NCBI GenBank assembly: GCA_934101645.1
Contig: CAKORX010000006.1
Span: 15,333-79,332 of the forward strand
DNA length: 64,000 bases
From: an uncultured Bacilli bacterium
GTDB lineage: Bacteria > Bacillota_I > Bacilli_A > RF39 > UBA660
Direction of reading: 5' to 3'
A program made the translations under genes and the position numbers. Shown here piece by piece: positions 38,913-48,200 of this stretch; position 1 is the first letter of the stretch; every line of letters begins with the position of its first letter. Under the pieces are notes generated by a model, which saw only the letters and a program-made list of their open reading frames with translations, was not told where the DNA came from and searched no databases.

Positions 38913-39255
38913 CAATTACATTTGATACTAAAGGTGGAAGTAAAATAGAATAAATAACGATACTGAGCTTACACTCTCAAAAGAACCTATAAGAGATGGT
39001 TAGGTTTTTAAAGGTTTTATTGATAAAAATGAAACCCCAATTTATAACAAAGTATTACTTGCAGAAGATACAATTCTTCATGCAGTTTGGGAAAAAGTAG
39101 AAAACGAAAAAACTAGTTCTAAAACTGAAACATTAATACAAATAATAATTGGTACTCCAATAAATAAAAAAGCAAAATTAATTAGTTCACAAATTAAAGA
39201 ACGATTTAACACATTATTTAATATAGAAAGATATTATTGGGATAGATTCTTATAA
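38900..39255 (+). pseudogene. remnant of a Listeria-Bacteroides-repeat (Flg_new) surface protein
   Basis: The segments ...ITFDTKGGSKIE*, then NNDTELTLSKEPIRDG*VFKGFIDKNETPIYNKVLLAEDTILHAVWEK follow the V.F..NGG...P.R.GY.F.GW.....tLyA.W repeat pattern. An in-frame stop replaces the Tyr and there is a frame change. Confidence 0.45.
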
Positions 39256-39295
39256 TATAAGTTTAAATAAATTAATTTTGGAAAGGAGGGAAGAA

Positions 39296-39667
39296 ATGAA
39301 AAAAGATTTATTAGTAAAAATAATTATAGTAATAGTTGCTCTTGCAGGATTAGGATATTTTGTATATACAAATTATATTTCCAAAGAAAAAGAATTAGTA
39401 TTTGAAGCAAGAATCAAAGAAGTAGCAGTAAATAATAATAAATATACTGTTCTAGTTGAAGAATACGATAAAAAGAAAAAAGAATATACTATAGAGTATG
39501 AATTTGAAATAAATGAAGATACAAAAATAGTTTATAACAATGAAGATTCTACTGCAGATAAATTAAAAGTAAATCAAAAAGTAACTATTACTTCATCTGA
39601 TGTTGTGTTACCAAGTGAGCCAGCTAAACTATCTAATGTTAAAAAAATAGTTATTTCAAAAGATTGA
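39296..39667 (+). CDS. hypothetical membrane-anchored protein
   Basis: RBS GGAAAGGAGGG, N-terminal TM helix, and a hairpin terminator downstream (GATGAA...TTCATC plus a T-run). Confidence 0.45.
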   Translation: MKKDLLVKIIIVIVALAGLGYFVYTNYISKEKELVFEARIKEVAVNNNKYTVLVEEYDKKKKEYTIEYEFEINEDTKIVYNNEDSTADKLKVNQKVTITSSDVVLPSEPAKLSNVKKIVISKD

Positions 39668-40061
39668 GTAGTTTTAAAAACTTTGTTAAATAGGTGATGA
39701 ATTAATTTTCATCGCTTTTTTTTGAACATATTATTGAAAAAACTAGTATATAAGTAGTGATTTGATATAAGAGAAATAATGACTGAATAATTTATATGAA
39801 ATAAAAATAAACTTAATTAGGGGACCATAATAATGACTAACAAAGTGACAAATTATGATTCTAATGGTAAAATCATAAACCCAAAAGACATAGTAATAAA
39901 GATACCGTTGATATATGAACTAATTAAAAAATATTCAAGCGAGAATAGTTGTATTTAAGGGATAGTTTATCAGAACTTTCCTTTGTTTTTTAATTATGAA
40001 ATGTGTGTTATATTGTAAAAGTATTTAAATATAGTAGGTAAGTTAGGAGGAGGTAAGTGTT

Positions 40062-41408
40062 ATAAAAGCAGGATTATATGCTAGAGTTTCAACTGATATT
40101 CAATTAGAGGGTTATTCAATTGATGCACAGAAAGAATTTTTATTAAACTATGCTAAAGCAAAAGAATTTACCGAGTATGAATATTATGTAGATGGTGGTT
40201 ATAGTGGTAAAGACTTGGAACGACCAGCTATTCAAAAACTCATAAGAGATGTTAAAGAACATAAGATAGATTGTGTAATTGTATTTAAACTAGATAGAAT
40301 ATCAAGAAGTCAAAAAGATACTTTATATTTAATTGAAGAGGTATTTAATAAATATAATGTAGGCTTTGTTTCTATGAGAGAAAACTTCGATACTACAACT
40401 CCATTTGGTAAGGCTATGGTTGGTATTTTATCAATATTCGCACAGCTTGAAAGAGAAACAATACTTGAAAGGACGAGAATTGGTATCCAAAAAAGAGCCG
40501 AAAATGGATATTGGAAAGGTGGAGGCAAAAATCCATTCCCTTATATCTATGATAAAAATACAGGAACTCTAGTTCCTGTACCAGAACAAGTAGAGTTACT
40601 ACATAAAATGATAACAATGTATTTAAATGGTTATAGTTTTTTAAAAATTGGTAGTATAGTTGGTATGGATGAAAGTATGGTAGAAAAAAGGATACTTTCA
40701 AGAAGAACATTAGGCATTGTACCATATAAAGATCAAGAGTTTGAAGGAAAACATCAAGCAGTAATATCAGAAGAATTACATAATAAAATAATAGAAACTA
40801 ATAAACTACGAAGTAAAGCAAGAACCGAAAGTCATTATTTGTTATCAGGAAAAATATTTTGTGGACATTGTGGTGCAAAGTATAGATATCAAAAATGGGG
40901 AAAAAGGTTGATTTGTTATTGCTATTCTCAACAAAAAAGTAAACCAAAATTTATTAAAGACCCAAATTGTAAAAATAAAAGATGGGACTCATTTGAAATT
41001 GAAGATGTAATATTAGAAAATTTATTTTCAATGACATTAGATGAAAATATGTTTAGAGAAAAATACGAAATTACACAAGTCGATGTTATTAATGAATATG
41101 AAAAAAGATTTGCAAAGATAAACTTACAAATCAATAACTTAATTAATTTTATTTCAGATGGTATTGCAGTTCCTGACACTAAAAAGAAAATTGAAGAATT
41201 AGAGCAAGAAAAAAAATCAATATTAGAGATAATTGATAATGCTAAAAATAATGAAGATCATAATAGAGGATCATTAGAAAAGTTAAGAAATCTACAAACT
41301 ACTTGGAATAAAATGACATTTGAAGAAAAAAGAATAATAATTATGCACATTGTTGATAAAGTTGTGGTAACTGATAATGATATAGAGATATTTTATAAGA
41401 TATCTTAA
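40062..41408 (+). CDS. large serine recombinase (element 1); the start codon is uncertain or non-canonical
   Basis: The catalytic N-terminus IKAGLYARVSTDIQLEGYSIDAQ is in frame upstream of the first ATG (40215). It also has a resolvase core, a recombinase domain, a Zn-ribbon (CGHCG...C.C) and a coiled coil. Confidence 0.75.
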   Translation: MKAGLYARVSTDIQLEGYSIDAQKEFLLNYAKAKEFTEYEYYVDGGYSGKDLERPAIQKLIRDVKEHKIDCVIVFKLDRISRSQKDTLYLIEEVFNKYNVGFVSMRENFDTTTPFGKAMVGILSIFAQLERETILERTRIGIQKRAENGYWKGGGKNPFPYIYDKNTGTLVPVPEQVELLHKMITMYLNGYSFLKIGSIVGMDESMVEKRILSRRTLGIVPYKDQEFEGKHQAVISEELHNKIIETNKLRSKARTESHYLLSGKIFCGHCGAKYRYQKWGKRLICYCYSQQKSKPKFIKDPNCKNKRWDSFEIEDVILENLFSMTLDENMFREKYEITQVDVINEYEKRFAKINLQINNLINFISDGIAVPDTKKKIEELEQEKKSILEIIDNAKNNEDHNRGSLEKLRNLQTTWNKMTFEEKRIIIMHIVDKVVVTDNDIEIFYKIS

Positions 41409-41421
41409 ATTTTTAAAATAT

Positions 41422-41432
41422 TTTCTCTCCAT
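41422..41432. repeat. right arm of the element 1 terminal inverted repeat
   Basis: See the left arm. Confidence 0.6.
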
Positions 41433-41444
41433 TGCACCATTAGC

Positions 41445-42061
41445 CCAATAAGTGTTAGTGAAATGTTAAGTTTTAAACTAGAAATGATACTTTTATAACT
41501 TGATGGTATTACAAGCTTAGTTAGTATTTGCCATTTGCTAGCCTTAAATGTTTTAAACATTTTTATTTTGATTTTGTCTACATTAATGAATCCATTATAG
41601 ATACTTAGCATACTAACAATTAAATTGATTAAAAGTGCCATTATAATGATGCTTTTTGTATTTGCTCCAAATATAATTATAATAATTGGTCCAAGTGCGA
41701 CTTTAGGTAATGCGTTTAAAATTGTTAAAAATGGTTCAAATATTTTTGAAATAAATGGATATTCATAAAAAATAGTTGCTATAATAAATCCAATTAACGT
41801 ACCTAACAAAAATGATATTATTACTTCATTTAGTGTAGTAAAAATGTGCGGAAATAAATTATTTTGAAGAAATAAACTTTTTATTGTTTTAAATATGTTA
41901 GATGGGCTAGAGTAAATAAATGAATTAATAATCTGTTTTTTTGTTAATATTTCCCAAAGAGAAAAAAATATAATAATAATAAATATTTGAATAAATCTTA
42001 CTAAAAATTTTTCCTTTTTTTGTTTTCTTAAAAAAATCTTTTGTCTATCAGATTGATACAT
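41445..42061 (-). pseudogene. 5' part (about 206 codons) of the NitT/TauT-type ABC permease, truncated by element 1
   Basis: MYQSDRQK...LPKVALGPIIIIIFG...LNISLTLIG. The track ORF then continues for 12 element-derived codons (LMVQWRENILKI*). Confidence 0.8.
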
Positions 42062-42389
42062 CTAAATCCCTCCATATTAAATCATAATAATTTGAAAATT
42101 CTTTGCATTTTCTATTTTCTATTGGGTTACTTTTACCTTTCATTTCTATATTATATATTTTTTTTACAACAGCAGGCCTTTTAGAAAGTACTATAATTCT
42201 ATCACTTAAACTAATTGCTTCAGCTATGTCATGAGTTATCATTATCACGGTTTTATTTTCTTTTTTTATGATATTAAAAACGTCATCCGAAACTTTTAAC
42301 CTTGATTGATAATCAAGTGCTGAAAATGGTTCATCTAAAAGTAAAATATCTGGTTTTATAGCAAGTGTCCTAATAAGAGCAACTCTTTG
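42048..42389 (-). pseudogene. 3' part of the ABC ATPase (Walker B to C-terminus), detached by element 2
   Basis: The minus strand reads (QRVA)LIRTLAIKPDILLLDEPFSALDYQSRLKVSDDVFNIIKKENKTVIMITHDIAEAISLSDRIIVL... without a start codon. It overlaps the permease start by 14 nt. Confidence 0.85.
42378..42389. repeat. 12-bp direct repeat AGCAACTCTTTG at the left junction of element 2 (att core)
   Basis: An identical 12-mer lies at 51260-51271. It encodes QRVA of the ATPase on the minus strand. Confidence 0.75.
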
Positions 42390-42408
42390 AATGAGATAAA
42401 GACACTTT

Positions 42409-43358
42409 TTATTTTTCTATTAAAAAGTTCATAATTAAGTCTATCAAAATATTTTTTTCTTTTGGATTTGATTGTGCAATAAGTAATGTAATTGCCACTA
42501 AAGCATTATTATCAATTACTTTTTTATCATTAATATATAAGATATCATAAAATTCTAAAAAATATATAAATAGGGTAGCAGCACATCAATAAAAACATGA
42601 TTTTTAGTAATTAAATATAAGAAATTAGCAACTTTTTCTTCTATTGAATAATATAAATCATTTCCATCAAAGGATTGATAAACTGTACCAATTATTTCTT
42701 TTAAACCCTCATTTCTTTCAAGTGCAAATAAATTACTGCTATTACTAAACTTTAATTTTTTTATTATTTTTATACATTCATTATAATTAATCTTTTTGCT
42801 ATTTCTAGTTCCTTTTGGTTTAGATATCTTTTTATGATCATAATCATCAAGTAAGTTTAATGCACTACTGTAGTTATTTATAACTTTTATAATTTCCAGT
42901 GCTTCGGTATCCTTTAATTTATTATCAATTCTACCAACAATATTAATTAATTTAATTGCTTTTTCGAGTTGCTCTAATTTTTTCTGATTAACCACATACC
43001 CTTTAATCATATATTCTTTTAGAACATTGTTTGCCCATTTCCTAAAAATAATACCATTTTTGCTATTTACACGATAGCCAACACTAATTATCATGTCTAG
43101 ATTATAATAGCCTAAGTTTCGAGTTTGAGTTTTTCCTAACAAAGCCCCATGTGAAGAGGTATGTGCAAATTTTGCACATACCTCTTTTTTATTTAGTTCT
43201 TGACTTTTAAATATGTTACTAATATGTCTTGCAATTACAGTTCTATCTCTTTCAAATAATTTTGACATTTGTTCTAAAGATAACCATACAGTTTCATCTT
43301 GCATGTTTACCTCTAATTTAACATTTTGATTTTTGAATAATATAATTTCATTTTTCAT
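42409..43358 (-). pseudogene. RhuM-family N-terminal domain plus Fic/Doc C-terminal domain, frame-broken at the catalytic motif
   Basis: The N-terminus matches RhuM (...LSLEQMSKLFERDRTVIARHI...MIISVGYRVNS..GIIFRKWAN). The C-terminus reads ...EEKVANFLYLITKNHVFID, then loses frame. The +1 frame continues AATLFIYFLEFYD...LIAQSNPKEK... to a stop at 42409. The GNKR of HxFxDGNKR is missing. Confidence 0.65.
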
Positions 43359-43416
43359 AAGATATCCTTTTACAATTATATTATTACCATGTCTTTTGAA
43401 ATTTCCTTTTACATTT

Positions 43417-45003
43417 CTAAAAATTCCAAATAATTTTTATATTTCTCTTATTATTTTCATCTAGTTTTCCAATGTAAATTTTGAAGATAAATTCATCAAC
43501 AATGAACTTATTTAATTTTTTTATAACTTTATATTTTATAAATGAATTTTTATTATCATTAATTGTAAATTTCTTATTTTTACAAAGAGAAATTTTGCTT
43601 TCAATAAATTTTATTTGATTTGTGTAAAAATTTTCATTATTAGTATAATTAATAGTTAATTCTTTAAATTGTTCATTAGTAATTATTTTATTAACCTTAT
43701 CTTCATATAGTGATTTTAAATATCTTTTATTTTCTAATAATTTTTTTTTACATTCTATTTTTTGCTTTTCTAGTAAACTTAATTCATTTATCATTGTATT
43801 TTTGGTATTATTAGCTAAAATTTTAAATAAAATCTTTTCATCATAATAATTTTTTATTTTTTCATTGATTGCTTTTAATATAACATTTTCTAAATCATCA
43901 TATCTAATAGATTTTTTATTAATACAATCATTGTATCCATTATTAACACTTGAGCAAGATAAGTATTCATGTAATTTAGAATTCTTTTTTTTCATATATT
44001 TATTGCACTCTAAACAAAATACTTTACCAGAAAAATTATGCACAATTCCCGTATTTTTTCCAGCTTTTGTTCTTTCATTAATATACTTTTGTACTTTATC
44101 AAATGTTTTATTATCAATAATAGCTTCATGAGTATTTTCTCTTCTTATCCAATTATTTTTATTTTTTTTAATAATTTTATGATTTTTATAACTTATTGTA
44201 GTTCTTTTGCCCTGCACTAAATTACCAATATATAATTCATTTGTTAGTATCGTTTTAATAGCATTTGCAGACCATTTTATTTCTTCTATAGGCCTATTAC
44301 TTATTATGTTTAGTTTACTTCCTTTTTTATATTTATAAAATGAAGGAGATGGTATCTTTTTTTCATTTAAATATTTGGCTATTCCTGTAAAGCACATTCC
44401 TTTTAAATATAATCTAAAAATGTCTTTTACTATTTTAGCAGCCACAGGGTCTATTATTATTTTGTTATTATTTTCTTTTGAAATTTCATAACCAAAAGAA
44501 GTAAAAGGGGAAATAAATTCACCTTGTTTCATTTTTGTTTGAAAAGCACTTCTAATATTATTTGAGATATCTTCTAAGTACCATTCATTAACAAGACCAT
44601 TTATTTGCCTGGATTTTTTATTGCCTTGGATATTAGTATCTGCATTATCAACTAAACCGATAAATCTAATATTCCATTCAATAAACTTATTGTGAATATA
44701 TTTTTCAATTATTTCCATATCTCTAGAAAATCTGGATTGACTTTTACATAGGACTATATCAATTTTTCCATTTTCACAATCTTTAATTAATCTTTCAAAT
44801 TCAGGTCTATAAGTACCGGCACCTGATAGGTCCTCATCACAATATTCATCAACAAGTTTAAATTTGGGATTTTTTCTAATTTCGTCTAAAAGTAAATTTC
44901 TTTGATTTTTAATGGACTCACTATCGTCAAGTTTATTTGTTTTGTCTTTATCTTCATCAGATAATCTTAAATAAATAGCAACTTTTAAATAATCTTTATT
45001 CAT
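43417..45003 (-). CDS. large serine recombinase (element 2), 528 aa, apparently intact
   Basis: N-terminal VAIYLRLSDEDKDK...ESIKNQR catalytic motif, resolvase core (VLCKSQSRFSRD), recombinase domain, Cys-rich Zn-ribbon (CLECN...C...C) and a coiled-coil tail. Confidence 0.85.
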   Translation of the reverse strand: MNKDYLKVAIYLRLSDEDKDKTNKLDDSESIKNQRNLLLDEIRKNPKFKLVDEYCDEDLSGAGTYRPEFERLIKDCENGKIDIVLCKSQSRFSRDMEIIEKYIHNKFIEWNIRFIGLVDNADTNIQGNKKSRQINGLVNEWYLEDISNNIRSAFQTKMKQGEFISPFTSFGYEISKENNNKIIIDPVAAKIVKDIFRLYLKGMCFTGIAKYLNEKKIPSPSFYKYKKGSKLNIISNRPIEEIKWSANAIKTILTNELYIGNLVQGKRTTISYKNHKIIKKNKNNWIRRENTHEAIIDNKTFDKVQKYINERTKAGKNTGIVHNFSGKVFCLECNKYMKKKNSKLHEYLSCSSVNNGYNDCINKKSIRYDDLENVILKAINEKIKNYYDEKILFKILANNTKNTMINELSLLEKQKIECKKKLLENKRYLKSLYEDKVNKIITNEQFKELTINYTNNENFYTNQIKFIESKISLCKNKKFTINDNKNSFIKYKVIKKLNKFIVDEFIFKIYIGKLDENNKRNIKIIWNF

Positions 45004-45269
45004 AAATCCTCCAATAGTTAATTAAAGCTATATTCTATAATATTAAATATTTTTTCATTAATTATTTGTTTTAACTTTGTATCAGTTATATTTTTATCCA
45101 TAACTTCTATAACGTTATATTTAGTATTTATAAAAATGCCTCCTTTTTTTACAATAGCTCTTTTTTATTTATCAATATATTTTATTTATTTTATAGTAAA
45201 AAAATAATCTTTATGATATTATATATTTATAATAGTGCGGTTGCATTAATTTTTGGTGGTGTGTGATTT

Positions 45270-48200
45270 ATGAATGAAAAAATGACTTTAGAACAATTTC
45301 AACAAATAAAAAATCAATTAATAAGTTTAGCAAATGAGGCTACATATGATGATCCTGATATAGAGCAGAGGATAGTTGAACAATATTTAAAAATTCAAAA
45401 TCAATTATTAGAATATGATTTAAGTGACATTCCATTTGAAGCATGGGATGGTGTGACAATAGTTTCAGATAAAGATCATGTAGTGGATTTTTCTAAAACA
45501 AAAGCTAATATAGATTTTGACTTAATTTCATATTATGGATATGGCAATTTTAGGGGTTGCAATATAAAAAATCTTAATTTACTTGGTAGTTATTTAAATC
45601 CTAGTGAATTTGATGAGGAAACAATTAAAGCTAATTCTACATTATTTTTATCTGATATTTTTAATGAAGAATTTAAACGTAAATATTATAGTAGAACTTT
45701 AAATATTAGTGATTTGACATCATTAACTAGTCAGCAATTAGATGAATTAATGCAAAAAAACATATTGTTACATATAAATCAACAAGAAAGAACTAGCGTT
45801 TTAATAGATACAATCGGTATTGATAAAGCTATAAAGTTTTATAAAAATTTCCCTAAAGAATATGAAAATGTTAATAAAATAGTGCAATTACATAATGATT
45901 TTAGTGGTTTTATACGTGAAAGCAGTAATATACCAACATTTGATGAATTTCTACAACAAATTAAAACTGCTGATATTTCAAAATTAAAGGATATATGTTT
46001 TTCTTATGCAAGAAGACAAATTATAAATTCTAATATAAAAATTATGAAAAATGAATATCCAGAAGCATTTATTCAGGAAAATTCGGATATATTTTTAATT
46101 AATACCAATATTCCACAAGATGTAAAACAAAGATATTTTAATAGGTCTTTATTAATTCAAGATCTTCTTGATTATCCTGATGTTTTTAGCAATATTTCTA
46201 TAGATTATTTCATGGATTTTAGTAATAATATATCACAATTTTTTAGAGATACTTTTGGCATCGGCACATTTCAAGAGTTGATAAAAAAACACCCTGATGT
46301 ATTTAACCATATTTTACAAGAAAATCATATTTATGAATTTAGTCATTTTTTGAAACCAGGAAAAGATGCAGATACTACATTTACAAATGCAGTTAAAGAT
46401 TATTTTTTCAGTTATTGTAATCCTGAACAATTTTTTGCCTATGAAGATCAGATGCCAAATGATAACTTAAAATGGTTATCATCTATGAAATTTAAATTTG
46501 TAAATAAATTAAAAACTAAAGAAGATTTGTTACAATGTGATAATTCAGTTTTAATTTTTGATTATAAACAAAGAAAAGTATTAGCTGGGCTTGGTATTGA
46601 TAATGTAAAAAAATTTGAGCAAGACACAGGCTTTTTTACTCATAAAGAATTTGAGTGGTCAGAAGATTTAAACATGCTTAATTTTTGCTTTAGTTATTAT
46701 GAAGAACTATATTTAATATTTAAAAATGGTAGTTTATCTTATGATGAATTTTTAAATAAATTTGCAGAATACTTGAATGAAGTTCGCAAACACAATGGTT
46801 TTTCTTTACATCAATCTTATGATTGGATTCAAGGTGAATTTAGAGAAAATCATCCTGAAATATTTATGGATTCAAATCTGCCTAAAGAATTAAGAGAAGC
46901 ATTTTATAAAAATAAACTTACTTCAACATTTATATATGAACATCAGGATTATATAAAATATTTGGTAAATAGAGATTTATTAAGTACTATAAATGTTGAT
47001 ATGAAATTATTTGCACCCGGAGAAGCTGATGAAAATGGGTTTGTATTTCCTAGTTACAAAAATTTTGTAAAAGAATATATTTCAAGATATGGTAATGAAA
47101 AGTTTCTACAACTTTGTGTTAAATATGATGGTATTCTTTCAGATATTGAAGTAAATAATTCGAATGATGAAATTGAAGATGAACAAGCCATAGAGCAATC
47201 ATTAAGAAATTCTATTTATGAAAAAATATTAGAAGGAGGCATAGATTATTCATTTCTTAGTAGTAATCAAGACTTTATAATTGAACATCCAGAAATATTT
47301 ATAAATCTCGATAGTCTATCTAATATACCTCAAACTGTTAAAAATGTAATTTTAAAAAATTTTTACAGCGGGAGTCTAAATTTTAATATTATAAAAATAT
47401 ACCCAGAGCTAGTAGATGTACTTAAAGACAAGAATTTATTTGTAGCATTTAATCGTATTGATGGAAGACATTATAATGAAAGAATATATATAGGTCAAAC
47501 TTATGAAGAAAAATATAGTGATTTAGAATTATTGCAAGTATTTGGTAATGAAAAATTTTTGCAATTATGTGCCAAATATGGAAGATACATGGATGGTGTT
47601 ACACAACATTTTAGCAAAAATGTAACTATAAAAAATGGTAAATATATTGATATTAGGCAAGGTAATAAGGAATTAAATTTTGAGGATATTTCCAAGATAA
47701 TTGAAGATATTATTATTCTTGAATGCAAAAAGGGTAATATTGAATATAGACCAGATGATGTACCAGAATTTTTAAAAGAAAAGTCCCCGGAATTGTTTTT
47801 GGAAGAAAATGCTCCTGATGATTTAAAAAAACATTTTTATAATAGTAGTGCGGGTAGTTATCCTTTAACTTTTGAATTATTGCAAAAGAATAAAGATTGG
47901 TTGCCATTTTTAAAAGGAAAAGCCTTAGCTACTTCATTAATTAGGGGTGAAGAGTATAAATATCAATTAAGACAATATTTTGAATTGTTTGGTGAAGAAA
48001 AAGCTATTAAATTAGGAATTAGTAAGCCTGAAACAATTAAAGAAATGCTAGTGGATAATCAGATTGAACTAATGAAACGTTGGTATGATAAAACTGGTGG
48101 TAAGTTTATTCCTGACTATGTTGTAATGCAAAACTTTCCTTTAGAAGAAGCAGATAAATTTTTATCATCTGGTGCAAATTGGAGCAGTTTGATGAAAATT

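Larger units (their letters stand above)
36181..41444. mobile_element. integrated element 1 (about 5.3 kb, serine-recombinase type) inserted in the ABC permease gene
   Basis: Bounded by the two permease fragments. The recombinase gene ends 36 nt from the right junction. An 11-nt inverted repeat sits 12 nt inside each junction (36193-36203 ATGGGGAGAAA; 41422-41432 TTTCTCTCCAT). Confidence 0.8.

Noticed and set aside
41405-41444. Last 12 codons (LMVQWRENILKI*) of the track's 218-aa permease ORF
   Set aside because: They are element-derived read-through after the insertion junction. The genuine C-terminus is at 36180-36001.
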